Part shown: positions 14,719 to 27,431 of the stretch, one piece after another
Layout: each line of letters starts with the position of its first letter
Numbering within the stretch: position 1 is the stretch's first letter
Source: Candidatus Saccharimonadota bacterium
GTDB lineage: Bacteria > Pseudomonadota > Gammaproteobacteria > Enterobacterales > Enterobacteriaceae
Assembly (NCBI RefSeq): GCF_000185985.2
Contig: NC_014909.2
Span: 1 to 32,000, forward strand
Direction: 5' to 3'
Length of the DNA stretch: 32,000 bases
Made by a program: the position numbers and the translations under genes
Notes under the pieces: model-generated
What the model saw: only the letters and a program-made list of their open reading frames with translations
Told to the model about the DNA's origin: nothing
Databases searched by the model: none

Positions 14719-14940
14719 ACATGTCACTATATCTTTAGTTGATATATACCTATATTTTTTAACTAAAACTTAATTATATAAAATAAAATTAAGAAAGTCA
14801 ATCATATTTCAATGAAAACCCTACTTCAAAAATAAATATTATTATATCATATTTATGATATGATAGTGTTTGTTATGTATGCGATCAAATAAATAACGGG
14901 CGTATATTAAGTTAAAAAACGATACTAATCAATCATAATT

Positions 14941-16050
14941 ATGACTTTTTGTGTTGAAAGGCAATCTTTATATCCAATTTTGCAGAAAATTATTTCTGTT
15001 GTTAGTAATAGACCAAGATTACCTATTTTAAAACATATATTGTTAGAAATTAATAATAATTGTTTGATTTTAATTGTTACGAATTTAGAGGTAGAAATTA
15101 TAGCTCATGTTTTTTTAGAGAAAAGATATGTTTTTAGGTCGGTTACTGTATCGGGTATTAAATTGTATGAGATTTTTCGTAATTTATCGGCATGTGCTAA
15201 AATTTTTATAAAATTAGAAAATAACAAACTGCTTGTAAATTCTGGGTGTAGTAGCTTTGTTTTATCTACTTTACCTGCTTCAGATTTTCCTAATGTAGAA
15301 ACATTGAAAGTTGATTGTGAATTTAATGTAATTATATCACAATTGATGTTTAAAAAAATAATTGAATTAACTCAATTTGCTATGGGATATCGTGATGCTC
15401 GTCATTACTTAAATGGTATTTTTTTTGAAATTGAAGATAAGGTTGTTCGTGTTGTAGCAACTGACGGGCACCGGTTAGCAATGTGTGAAATAACTGCGGA
15501 TACGTTATCATCATCGCATTCCATAATTATACCACGACAAGGAATAGTGGAAATTTTACGTTTGTTAAATTATACAAAGAATTTGGTTAAAATAAAAATT
15601 TATGATAATCGAATTTGTGTGAAAATTGATAATTATATTGTTCATTCTAAATTAATTGATTCTGTATTTCCAAATTATAAAAGAGTTTTGACGAATAATC
15701 TAAAATTATTTTTTGAGGTTGATCGTATTATATTAAAGCAGGCATTAAAACGAGTTTCTATTTTATCTAATGAAAAACTTAGAGTCGTTCATTTTAATTT
15801 AATGCATGACCAGTTGAAAATAACGGCAAATAATTTTAAACAAGAAACTTCAGAAGAGATTTTAGAGATATTGTACGATAATGAAAATATTGGGATATCT
15901 TTTAACGTAGATTATATATTAGATATAATTAATGTAATAGATTCTAAAACTTTAAAATTTTTTTTGACGGATCCAGTATCCAGTGTGAAAATTGAAGGAA
16001 TTCCTAAATTTTATGAAGCAACTTATGTTGTAATGCCTGTTAGAGCATGA
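14941..16050 (+). CDS. dnaN: DNA polymerase III beta sliding clamp, 369 aa
   Basis: Colinear with E. coli DnaN (366 aa): VATDGHRLA, SKLIDxxFPxYxRVL, ILSNEKxRxV, and the C-terminal YVVMPVRA (E. coli YVVMPMRL). Confidence 0.95.
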   Translation: MTFCVERQSLYPILQKIISVVSNRPRLPILKHILLEINNNCLILIVTNLEVEIIAHVFLEKRYVFRSVTVSGIKLYEIFRNLSACAKIFIKLENNKLLVNSGCSSFVLSTLPASDFPNVETLKVDCEFNVIISQLMFKKIIELTQFAMGYRDARHYLNGIFFEIEDKVVRVVATDGHRLAMCEITADTLSSSHSIIIPRQGIVEILRLLNYTKNLVKIKIYDNRICVKIDNYIVHSKLIDSVFPNYKRVLTNNLKLFFEVDRIILKQALKRVSILSNEKLRVVHFNLMHDQLKITANNFKQETSEEILEILYDNENIGISFNVDYILDIINVIDSKTLKFFLTDPVSSVKIEGIPKFYEATYVVMPVRA

Positions 16051-16407
16051 GATGTGTGTTAATACGTATCAGGGTATAGGGGTATATGATTAATTTATTT
16101 TTTGATATTTTTATTGTTGGATCTATGTATTATAGATATATATAGAAGGTATATATGCAAATTATTATTATATAATGTCAATATATTAATTATACTAATA
16201 TTAGTAGAATATAGATGTCAATTGTGATGTATAAATTTGAGTATTTAAGCGTACGAATATAGAAATGTAATAATATTTATATAGATTGTATATTTTAATA
16301 AAAAGGACGGTGTTTTTGTATTTAGATATTATTATAAATAATAGTGCGTGTATATCAAATTATGATATCTGTTCATATAAGTTTTTATATGTTTATGAAT
16401 AAAGTAA

Positions 16408-18846
<2,439 letters not shown>

Positions 18847-19081
18847 TACATTATTGAAAGAGAGTTTTTCTATATTAAAACAAAAATTCACCACAAAGTG
18901 TGAATGTTATCTTTGTATATTATGAGTCTTTATAATAGAGTACAGAGGAGGAATATCATAGTTACATAATAGTATAAATAAAAATTGTTAAACATATAGG
19001 TATATGTTAAAATGGGCTTTAGTAGTGTAAAGGTGGGGAGTGGTGTGTTTGATTTAAAATATATTTAGAAGAGAGGTTTTT

Positions 19082-19504
19082 ATGCATAATTTTGATTTTT
19101 CACCATTATATGGATCTGTTATAGGATTTGATAGATTAGTAAATTTTTTAGAGGTAGGGCAAAGTAATGGTAATTATCCTGCTTATAATGTTGAATTAGT
19201 TAGTGAACATAAATATTGCATTTCTATTGTAGTGGCTGGATTTTCAAGTGATGAATTAGATATTACTACTCATGATAATATGTTAATTGTAAAAGGTATT
19301 CACACTAGAAATGATAGTAATTCTAATTCAGATTCTAAGAATTATTTATATCAAGGAATTACTGATCATGATTTTGAAAGAAAATTCCAATTAGCTGAAC
19401 ATATTCAAATTACTGGAGCTAAATTAGATCGAGGTATTTTGTATATACATTTAACTAGAGTATTACCAGATATTCTTAAACCAAAGCATATAGAAATTAA
19501 GTAA
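19082..19504 (+). CDS. ibpA: Small heat shock protein IbpA (alpha-crystallin family), 140 aa
   Basis: The N-terminus [16 protein letters not shown] and NYPAYNVE resemble E. coli IbpA (FDLSPLYRSAIGFDRL, GYPPYNVE), followed by an alpha-crystallin domain. There is a single copy and no adjacent ibpB. Confidence 0.9.
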   Translation: MHNFDFSPLYGSVIGFDRLVNFLEVGQSNGNYPAYNVELVSEHKYCISIVVAGFSSDELDITTHDNMLIVKGIHTRNDSNSNSDSKNYLYQGITDHDFERKFQLAEHIQITGAKLDRGILYIHLTRVLPDILKPKHIEIK

Positions 19505-19623
19505 AAATATACTAATTTGCACTTTTTTAGCAGACTCAGCTATTGTATACTTCAGATTTTTCTGAAGTATACAATAGCTGAGTCTGCTAAAAAAGTGCAA
19601 ATTAGTATATTTTTACTTAATTT
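19494..19623. repeat. Perfect inverted repeat with 63-bp arms (19494-19556 and 19561-19623) and a 4-nt tttt centre, forming a potential 130-nt hairpin or cruciform. It is a candidate bidirectional terminator or RNA 3' stabiliser between convergent genes.
   Basis: I checked base by base. The reverse complement of aaattaagtaaaaatatactaatttgcacttttttagcagactcagctattgtatacttcaga equals tctgaagtatacaatagctgagtctgctaaaaaagtgcaaattagtatatttttacttaattt, 63/63. The left arm contains the final ibpA codons and the TAA. The repeat itself is certain; its function is not. Confidence 0.95.
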
Positions 19624-19720
19624 GTAATGTTATAACTAACAAATTTAGAAATTAATTTTAAAATTTATAAGTAATCGTTAAATTAAGATGTTTATAGATG
19701 TAGAAAAGTATGTTAAAGTA

Positions 19721-20731
19721 TTAAATTATATTTTTTAGTTGTAATTCTATTTTTAAATAAGCATAAAAAATGGGGGCCGCTATTAGTCCTTCTAGTCCAA
19801 AAATTGATTCTAAAAAAATCATAGCCAGAACTAATTCCCAGGTATGAGAATTTATTTTATTCCCAATGATTTCGGCATTTAAAAAGTATTCTAATTTATG
19901 AATTAAAATTAGATATATTAACATTGTTATTCCAATACTTAATGAAATGGATAAAGCTGAAATAGTTATCATAATATTAGAAATTAAATTTCCAACGATT
20001 GGTAATAATCCTAGAACAAAAGTAATAATAATTAAGGTTTTTCCTAATGGTAATGTTTCTCCAAATACTGGAATCAATATAAAAATCATGATAGATGTTA
20101 ACAGGGTATTAATTGAAGATATTTTTAATTGAGCAAATACTATATTATGAAATGCGTGAGATAAATTATATATTCGTTCTAATAATTGATTAGTAAAATA
20201 TGTATTGCTTTCTATATATTTTTTTTTATATTGAGGATAAGCAATCATTGCTCCAATTATTAATCCGATTAATAAAGTGATACATCCGTGTAAAATAACA
20301 TGTCCCATATTTCGAATTAGGATGATGTTTAATTCAATCCACGAAAATATTCGTTCTTTTAGTTCTGATGTTGTATTTGGAAAAAATTTTGGTAAAAAAT
20401 TAGGGAGTTTTTTTTTAAAGTCAGAAAAAATATGATTAATTTCATTCAACATATTAATTTTATTTGTATTTTCTGAAAAAAAATTAGTACAATTTGAGAT
20501 ACTTATTGCAATAGTAGAAATAAGAATAATAATTATTATTAAAATAGAAAGTTGACGTGCTCGATAGGTTCCTATAAATCGTTCAAAATATGTTGATAAA
20601 GATACGATAATTTCATAAGTTAAAAATCCTGAAAAAAAACAAGGAAATAACCCTAATGGAATAATCATAAGAATAGATGCAAACATTATTATATAAGAAA
20701 TTGCTGTAATCCAAGTTTTTATAGAAAACAT
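19721..20731 (-). CDS. Polytopic inner-membrane protein, probably of the AI-2E transporter / UPF0118 (PerM/YhhT/TqsA-like) family, 336 aa
   Basis: It has about 7-8 hydrophobic segments. The family-like motifs LGLLPIVGNLISN and FGLEGLIAAPIFYA lie near the C-terminus. The family assignment is from motif memory only, so the function is uncertain, but the ORF itself is solid (long, with no competing frame). Confidence 0.55.
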   Translation of the reverse strand: MFSIKTWITAISYIIMFASILMIIPLGLFPCFFSGFLTYEIIVSLSTYFERFIGTYRARQLSILIIIIILISTIAISISNCTNFFSENTNKINMLNEINHIFSDFKKKLPNFLPKFFPNTTSELKERIFSWIELNIILIRNMGHVILHGCITLLIGLIIGAMIAYPQYKKKYIESNTYFTNQLLERIYNLSHAFHNIVFAQLKISSINTLLTSIMIFILIPVFGETLPLGKTLIIITFVLGLLPIVGNLISNIMITISALSISLSIGITMLIYLILIHKLEYFLNAEIIGNKINSHTWELVLAMIFLESIFGLEGLIAAPIFYAYLKIELQLKNII

Positions 20732-21185
20732 TATAATTTTCCTAATATATAAATTATTTGTAATAATAAAGTATTTTAAGATAATTTTTATTATTAGTAT
20801 TTGGTATTTATAATTTATATAAATGTTTATATGGATAAAAAAGTATCTTTTTATATAAAAAAAAGAGTATAGTATATATTATACTAATAATTCAGTAGTA
20901 AATTATGTATAATATATACTATAAGATATATCAGTATTGTAGTATATGAAAATTTTACAATATAAACAATGTATTAATAGTAAGTGTTTTATTAATTTGA
21001 TTTTTTAAAAATTTATCAAAATAATGAGTAAGAATTTTTATATGATAATAGGGGTATAACAATAGTTGGAATTAATATAAACAAAAAGTTTGTATTGAGA
21101 TACATAATATCATTGTATTTCATAATTTTCAGCGTATGTTCAATATGTATAAATATATTAATACATTATTAGTGATTTGGTTAAT

Positions 21186-22124
21186 ATGCAACAACAGTAT
21201 TATGATGTTAATGTCAAAACTATACAAGATTTAATAATGGATTTAGAAAAGTTTTGGATACATAATGGATGTATTATAGTGCCATCGCTAGATATGGAAA
21301 TTGGTGCAGCAACGTCTCATCCTATTACTTTTTTTAAAGCTATTGGTCCAGAACCAGTAGCTGCGGCTTATGTACAAGCATCTCGTCGTCCTGCTGATAG
21401 CAGATATGCAAAAAATCCAAGTAGGTTACAGAAATATTATCAATTTCAAGTGATTATAAAACCATCTCCTGAAAATATGTCACAATTATATTTAAATTCT
21501 TTAAAAGCAATTGGAATAAGTGAATCAGAAAATGATATCAGATTTATTGAAGATAATTGGGAAAATCCTACGTTGGGAGCATATGGGTTAGGATGGGAAG
21601 TGTGGTTAAATGGAATGGAAATAACTCAACTTACTTATTTTCAAAGAATGGGGGGATTAGAATGTTTTCCGATTACTGGAGAAATAACTTATGGATTAGA
21701 AAGATTAGCGTTATTTCTTCAAGATATGGATAATATATACGATTTAATTTGGGGCAATACTATAACTGGTGATATTACGTATAAAGACTTATATTATCAA
21801 AATGAATTAGAACAATCTAGTTATAATTTTAAATATGTTAATGTTAGTTATTTATTTCAGAATTTTAATGAATATGAAAATGAGATAAACTATTTACTTT
21901 CTTTAGATGAACCGTTAATAGTTCCATCTTATGAGTTAATTTTAAAATTAATACATATTTTTAATTTATTAGATGCAAGAAAAGTTATTTCTGTTACAGA
22001 GCGTAAAAATTATATTTTACGCATTCAAAGGTTATCACATATGGTAGCAGAAATGTATTATTTTTTTCGTAAAAAAATAGGATTCCCTTTATGTGCGAAC
22101 AAAACGAATAATATAATCGAATAA
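21186..22124 (+). CDS. glyQ: Glycine--tRNA ligase alpha subunit, 312 aa
   Basis: SHPxTFxxAxGPEPxAAAYVQxSRRPxDxRY, NPxRLQxYYQFQVxIKPSP, and [37 protein letters not shown] are near-identical to E. coli GlyQ. I preferred ATG 21186 (MQQQYY) over the track's TTG 21177. Confidence 0.95.
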   Translation: MQQQYYDVNVKTIQDLIMDLEKFWIHNGCIIVPSLDMEIGAATSHPITFFKAIGPEPVAAAYVQASRRPADSRYAKNPSRLQKYYQFQVIIKPSPENMSQLYLNSLKAIGISESENDIRFIEDNWENPTLGAYGLGWEVWLNGMEITQLTYFQRMGGLECFPITGEITYGLERLALFLQDMDNIYDLIWGNTITGDITYKDLYYQNELEQSSYNFKYVNVSYLFQNFNEYENEINYLLSLDEPLIVPSYELILKLIHIFNLLDARKVISVTERKNYILRIQRLSHMVAEMYYFFRKKIGFPLCANKTNNIIE

Positions 22125-22129
22125 TAATT

Positions 22130-24235
22130 ATGAAACAATATACTTTGTTAGTAGAAATAGGTACTGATGAGTTACCTGCTAAGTTTTTAAAAAATATAGG
22201 AAAAGATTTTTATTCACATATTAAAAATGAATTTAAAAAAAATAATATTCTTTATAATGAAATTTATTGGTTTGCTTCTCCTAGGCATTTAGCAGTTAAA
22301 TCTCGTATTTCAATCGGTAAAAATCAAAGTTTATTTAAGTCTGACGTATATAATCGTAGTGATATTGATAATTGTATTGTTGATAAAAATTTATTTTTAA
22401 AGAAAAAAAATAATAAATTTTCTCAAAATATTTCAAGTCATGTTAATATTTTAGAATTTAATAGATTTGAAACGGAAGGTATTCGTCAAGATAAGTTTAT
22501 AAATGTTAGGCAATTTAAGCTTTTATTGGTTCAAATTATTAAAAATGCTTTAGGAAATTTGATTAATTATGAAACGATGCGATGGGGGGATGTACTAATC
22601 CCATTTATTCGACCTGTTAATACTGTTACAATTTTATTGGATACTAATATAGTTTCTGGTCGTATTTTTAATAAAAATATAAATAGAATTGTATATGGTA
22701 ATAGGTATATAAAAAATAATAAAATTATTTTGAATAATGCAAATGATTATCCTAATGTGTTGTTTGAACAAGGTTATGTGATTGTAGATTATAATATACG
22801 TAAACAGAAGATACGTATGGATGTTGAGCATAAAGCTTTAAAACTTGGAGGCGTAGTTGATATAAAAAATGATGATTTTTTAGAAAAAATCACTTCTTCG
22901 ATAGAATGGCCTATTATTTTATTTGGTAAATTTAATAAAAGATTTTTAAAATTACCAAAAGAATTAATAATTCATATCATGCAAGATAAACAACAATATT
23001 TTCCTGTATATGGGAAAAATCAGGATATACTTTTACCGTATTTTATTTTTGTGATTAATATAATTATTGATAATTATAACAAAATAATTAATGATCATGA
23101 AAATATTATTAATATGCGTTTTTTAGATGCAGAATTTTTTTTAAAAAATGATAATAAAAATCGTTTAGAGGATTATTTTCCTAAATTAAGTGAAATAGTA
23201 TTTCATAGTCAACTTGGAAGTTTAAAAGATAAAGTGCATCGAATAACAGAATTATCTGGATGGATAGCTAATCAAGTTAATGAAAATGAATTTAAAGCTA
23301 GAAGAGCGGGATATTTATGTAAATGTGATTTAGTTACTGATGTGGTGTTAGAATTTCCTGAGGTTCAGGGTATTATGGGTATGTATTATGCTCAGAGAGA
23401 TGGAGAAGAAAAAGAAGTAGCATTAGCTCAAAAAGAGCATTATCAACCTAGATATTATACAGATAAATTACCTACAGAACGAATTTCTTGTATTGTGTCT
23501 ATTGCTGATAAGATGGATACAATATCTGGTATTTTTAGTGTTAAGGAATTTCCTACAGGAAGTAGAGATCCGTTTGGATTAAAAAGGGCAGCTAAAGGTA
23601 TATTAAATATTGTTCTTGAAAAGAACATGCCTATAAATTTATTAGATTTGATAAGTAAGTCAATTATGTTATATAAATTGCAATTAGTTGACGATGATTT
23701 AATAAATATTAAAAATGATGTTTATACTTTTATGTGTCAACGTCTTTGTTTGTATTATCGAGCATTAGGTTATAAAGAAAATATAGTTCGATCTGTTTTA
23801 AATATTAGGTTTGGGAATATAATTAATTTAGGGAAACATATTGACTCGGTTCATAATTTCTATACCATTCAGAAAGAAAAAGGGGCTATGTTCAATTTAG
23901 TTTATAAACGTATATCAAATCTTATTAGAAATCAAAATGTCTTTTGTAATATAACAGAAGAAATTAATAAAACTTTACTTAAAAGTTTAGAAGAAATTAA
24001 ATTATTTGAGCAGATAACTTATACTAAGATGAATTTAAATTCTGTATTGCAAGAGAGTCGTTATAGTGATGCATTAAACATTGTAGAAAATCTATTCCAT
24101 AGAACTAATTTTTTCTTAGATAATGTTTTTATAATGAGCAAAAATCAAAATATAAAAGAAAACCGGCTATCTTTAATTAAGACGGTGAAAGATTTAGTTT
24201 CAAGAGTAATAGATATATCTGTTTTACTTAAATAA
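22130..24235 (+). CDS. glyS: Glycine--tRNA ligase beta subunit, 701 aa
   Basis: It starts 5 nt after the glyQ stop. LLVEIGTDELPAK at the N-terminus, and EFPEVQGIMGxYYA and RDPFGLKRAA, are conserved GlyS motifs. E. coli GlyS is 689 aa. Confidence 0.95.
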   Translation: MKQYTLLVEIGTDELPAKFLKNIGKDFYSHIKNEFKKNNILYNEIYWFASPRHLAVKSRISIGKNQSLFKSDVYNRSDIDNCIVDKNLFLKKKNNKFSQNISSHVNILEFNRFETEGIRQDKFINVRQFKLLLVQIIKNALGNLINYETMRWGDVLIPFIRPVNTVTILLDTNIVSGRIFNKNINRIVYGNRYIKNNKIILNNANDYPNVLFEQGYVIVDYNIRKQKIRMDVEHKALKLGGVVDIKNDDFLEKITSSIEWPIILFGKFNKRFLKLPKELIIHIMQDKQQYFPVYGKNQDILLPYFIFVINIIIDNYNKIINDHENIINMRFLDAEFFLKNDNKNRLEDYFPKLSEIVFHSQLGSLKDKVHRITELSGWIANQVNENEFKARRAGYLCKCDLVTDVVLEFPEVQGIMGMYYAQRDGEEKEVALAQKEHYQPRYYTDKLPTERISCIVSIADKMDTISGIFSVKEFPTGSRDPFGLKRAAKGILNIVLEKNMPINLLDLISKSIMLYKLQLVDDDLINIKNDVYTFMCQRLCLYYRALGYKENIVRSVLNIRFGNIINLGKHIDSVHNFYTIQKEKGAMFNLVYKRISNLIRNQNVFCNITEEINKTLLKSLEEIKLFEQITYTKMNLNSVLQESRYSDALNIVENLFHRTNFFLDNVFIMSKNQNIKENRLSLIKTVKDLVSRVIDISVLLK

Positions 24236-24288
24236 GTCATTTTAATGCTTAAAACTTAAGCAATGGGCAAATTATTTAAGAAACTTTT

Positions 24289-24918
24289 TTAATTCAAATA
24301 AAAAGATTCATCAAACCTTCTAGAAGCCTCATCCCAATTTATGATATTCCAAAAAGCTTTCACATAATCTAAACGTCTATTTTGGTATTTTAAATAATAA
24401 GAGTGTTCCCATAGATCCAGTCCAAATATTGGGAATCCGTATGTATGAGATAATTTGTTTTCCATAAGAGGATTATCTTGATTTGGGGTAGAAACGATTT
24501 TTAAATTATTATTGTGTATTATTAACCAAGTCCAACCTGATCCAAAACGACTCATAGAAACTTGTTCAAATTCTTTTTTGAAGTTATTATAATCTATAAA
24601 GGTGTTTTCTATTGCTTTTTTTAGTGATCCTTTTAATTCTGTACCTAGTTTAAGAGATTTCCAGAAAAGGCTATGATTAAAATGACCACCTCCATTATTA
24701 CGTAATATATCTTTTTTTTCTTGGGGCAAGAAATCTAGTTGTTTAATTAGATTTTCTATTGTTAAATTTGAAAATTTGGGTAAATTTTTTAAAGCGGAAT
24801 TGGCATTATTGATATACGCTTGATGATGTTTAGAATAATGAATTTCCATAGTTTTTGCATCGAAAAAAGGTTCCAAAGAGTCATATGAATATGATAAATC
24901 AGGTAGTTTAAAAACCAT
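24289..24918 (-). CDS. sodA: Mn-type superoxide dismutase, 209 aa
   Basis: LPxLxYxYDxLEPxFDxxTMEIHxxKHHQxYxNNAN, and the C-terminal GLDxWEHxYYLKxQNRRxDYxKxFWNxxNWDEA, match E. coli SodA (206 aa) throughout. Confidence 0.96.
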   Translation of the reverse strand: MVFKLPDLSYSYDSLEPFFDAKTMEIHYSKHHQAYINNANSALKNLPKFSNLTIENLIKQLDFLPQEKKDILRNNGGGHFNHSLFWKSLKLGTELKGSLKKAIENTFIDYNNFKKEFEQVSMSRFGSGWTWLIIHNNNLKIVSTPNQDNPLMENKLSHTYGFPIFGLDLWEHSYYLKYQNRRLDYVKAFWNIINWDEASRRFDESFYLN

Positions 24919-25142
24919 TTTAAAATCTCTCTTAATTGAATAATGCTAGTATCTAATGATTTAATTATATTGAATAATAATGAATAAGTAAAGCATAATT
25001 TAAAAATTAGAAGAAGGTAGTGGGAATATATAACTTGGGTAGTATTTTAATTGTTATATATTTTTAATTGTGTAAAAATATGTATTTTAAATATAAAATT
25101 CATATTTTTCAAGAAATTAAGATATAAATATAGGTGTCATGA

Positions 25143-27218
25143 GTGAATAAGAAATTTTGTAATTTTGATTTACCTTTGTTTTCTATGATAAAGTTAAATA
25201 GTATTAATGATCTGATAAAGAAGAGAATAGATAACTGTTATACTGAAGTAGATCGAATTGTATCATTAAATAAATCAATAACTTATTGGAAGGATGTATA
25301 TGAACCATTAAGAATATCGGAAAATAAATTAAAAAAGGTTTGGTCTATAATAACTCATTTAAATTCAGTAAAACATGATTTAAAGTTACGTGTTATTTAT
25401 CAAAACAATTTAATGTCTATTTTGGAATATAGAAACTGGGTAAATCATCACCTTGGTTTATATCGGTTATATAAATCTTTACAAAATAATAGTTCTTATC
25501 AATTATTAAGTACTATACAGCAAGTAGCATTAAGAAAAATTTTATCTCGTTATGAGATATCGGGAATTCATTTATGTGGTGATAAGAGAAAATGTTATTG
25601 TAGAATGATGTGTATGTTATCTCAACTTAATACAATTTTTGATAATAATGTTCTAGATTCTATACGAGGATGGAAAAAAATAATTACAGATCAAAGTTTA
25701 TTATCAGGTATTCCAGATGATCAATTACATATAGCTCGTTTGGAGGCTCAACGTAATCAACGACTAGGATGGTTATTTACATTACAATATCCTGTATATT
25801 TATCAGTGTTATCTTATTGTGACAATGAAGATTTTAGAAAGGAATTATATTGGGCTTTTAATACTCGAGCATCTGATCAAGGTCCTAATGCTGGAAAATG
25901 GGATAATACTTTAGTTATAGATGAAATTTTATCTTTACGCTATGGAATAGCTAAAATTTTAGGATTTAATAGTTATTTCGAAAAATCTTTACAGACAAAA
26001 ATGATTCAAAATCCTACAAGTATACTTAATTTTCTTAAGAATTTACTTAATCATGTTCATCCTAATGCAAAGAAAGATTTTTTAAAAATACAAAGTTTTG
26101 CTAAAAAATATTACTCTCATAAATGTGTAAATCCATGGGATGTAAAGTATTTTCAAGAAAAACAGAAATCGCATCTTTTTCAGATTTCAGAAAAAGAATT
26201 GCGCTTTTACTTTTCGGAAGAAAAAGTTTTATCTGAGATGTTTTCGATAGCTAATCGTATGTATGGTATTGTGATAAGAGAACGAAAGGATGTAGATGTA
26301 TGGGATTCAAATGTACGATTTTTTGATATATTTAATCATAAAAATGAGTGGCAAGGAGGATTTTATTTGGATCTTTATATGCGAAGAAATAAATGTGAAG
26401 GAGCATGGATGGATATATATTCGGATACGAAGAATGAAGATGATATGGAATATCAAATGCCTATTGCATATCTTATTTGCAATTTTAATGCTTCTGAAGA
26501 TTCAGGTAGACCATCTTTATTAACTCATGGGAATATAGTGACATTATTTCATGAGTTTGGTCATGTTTTGCATCATATTTTAACATCTATAAGTATTTCT
26601 GAAATATCTGGGGTTAATGGAGTGGAATTAGATGTTGCAGAAATTCCAAGTGTGTTTATGGAGAAATTTTGCTGGGATCCAACTGTATTGAAATCTATTT
26701 CTCAACATTATCAAACAAAAAATTCTTTATCAAATAACATGATTAATGATTTATTAAGATTAAAAACTGAACAAGCTACACATGATTTGTTAAAGCAAAT
26801 TATGTGTAGCTTGTTTGATTTTAAGATTCATCATGAGTATAGCCCAAAAGAGAAAAACCCGGTATTAAACATTTTTAATGAAATCAAACAAAATACAATA
26901 GTGTATCCACCGTTTGGTGACGATAGGTTTCCTCATTCTTTTGCTCATATTTTTTCTGCTGATGATTATGCGGCAGGATATTATAGTTATTTATGGTCAG
27001 ATATGTTAGCGTCAAGTATTTGGTTACATTGTAAAGATTTACGGTTAACCGATTCTCAAATGGGAAATTTGTTTCTTGATCATATGGTGTGTATGGGACA
27101 ATCTATTGATTTCAAACAGTGTTTTACTTGTATTAAAAATAAGGTAGTTACAACTCAAGCTATTTTAAAATATTATAATATTCCTATACAAAATAATCTA
27201 TTTTTTAAGTTATGTTAG
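25143..27218 (+). CDS. prlC: Oligopeptidase A (M3 zinc metallopeptidase), 691 aa (GTG start)
   Basis: Zinc motif TLFHEFGHVLHH. RASDQGPNAGKWDN is identical to E. coli PrlC, and the two are colinear from FDLPLFS (E. coli FELPPFS). The GTG at 25143 is preceded by aggtg, and no in-frame ATG lies upstream of the conserved N-terminus. Confidence 0.93.
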   Translation: MNKKFCNFDLPLFSMIKLNSINDLIKKRIDNCYTEVDRIVSLNKSITYWKDVYEPLRISENKLKKVWSIITHLNSVKHDLKLRVIYQNNLMSILEYRNWVNHHLGLYRLYKSLQNNSSYQLLSTIQQVALRKILSRYEISGIHLCGDKRKCYCRMMCMLSQLNTIFDNNVLDSIRGWKKIITDQSLLSGIPDDQLHIARLEAQRNQRLGWLFTLQYPVYLSVLSYCDNEDFRKELYWAFNTRASDQGPNAGKWDNTLVIDEILSLRYGIAKILGFNSYFEKSLQTKMIQNPTSILNFLKNLLNHVHPNAKKDFLKIQSFAKKYYSHKCVNPWDVKYFQEKQKSHLFQISEKELRFYFSEEKVLSEMFSIANRMYGIVIRERKDVDVWDSNVRFFDIFNHKNEWQGGFYLDLYMRRNKCEGAWMDIYSDTKNEDDMEYQMPIAYLICNFNASEDSGRPSLLTHGNIVTLFHEFGHVLHHILTSISISEISGVNGVELDVAEIPSVFMEKFCWDPTVLKSISQHYQTKNSLSNNMINDLLRLKTEQATHDLLKQIMCSLFDFKIHHEYSPKEKNPVLNIFNEIKQNTIVYPPFGDDRFPHSFAHIFSADDYAAGYYSYLWSDMLASSIWLHCKDLRLTDSQMGNLFLDHMVCMGQSIDFKQCFTCIKNKVVTTQAILKYYNIPIQNNLFFKLC

Positions 27219-27431
27219 TGTAAATATATTGATTTGTTAATAGCGGTATTATCATATTTTAATTCATAATATAATTTATATACATAGAGAATAAATAAAG
27301 ATTAATAAGAGGAGAATATATATTTTTATATTGTGATTAGTATCATGATAATATGATACTATATTAATTGATGAGGTTTTATTTTGTTAATTTTAAAAAA
27401 ATAATTCAAATAATGAATATATGTATTATAT

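Noticed and set aside
18886-18905. Short hairpins after convergent or terminal genes, as possible intrinsic terminators: attcac-N8-gtgaat after gyrB, gcttaa-aac-ttaagc at 24247-24261 (glyS/sodA), and tagtatcat-gataat-atgatacta at 27338-27361 (prlC/pitA)
   Set aside because: The stems are 6-9 bp and mostly A/T, with no following U tract on either strand. They are indistinguishable from background in this composition.
18991-19008. The palindrome aacatataggtatatgtt upstream of ibpA, and a search for a sigma-32 promoter (CTTGAAA...CCCCATnT) or ROSE-type RNA thermometer
   Set aside because: It is an all-A/T 8-bp stem with a 2-nt centre. I found no sigma-32 consensus on the correct strand. I found no upstream segment complementary to the agaagagagg SD. 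The evidence is insufficient for a regulatory call.
19014-19050. A relatively G-rich patch (gggctttagtagtgtaaaggtggggagtggtgtgttt) upstream of ibpA that looked briefly tRNA- or sRNA-like
   Set aside because: No cloverleaf can be drawn. There is no T-loop GTTCRAnnC and no complementary acceptor 3' strand. It is more likely part of the ibpA promoter or 5' UTR.
19494-19623. Whether the 130-bp palindrome is an ERIC element or MITE. ERIC elements are ~127-bp imperfect palindromes in enterobacterial intergenic regions.
   Set aside because: The size is similar, but I see no resemblance to the GC-rich ERIC core as I recall it. I found no second copy in this window and no target-site duplication. The left arm is simply the ibpA 3' end, which points to a local fold-back duplication rather than a mobile repeat.
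21177-21185. The TTG start giving MVN- in front of glyQ
   Set aside because: The ATG at 21186 gives a length (312 aa) and N-terminus comparable to E. coli GlyQ. The TTG alternative cannot be excluded, but adds nothing conserved.
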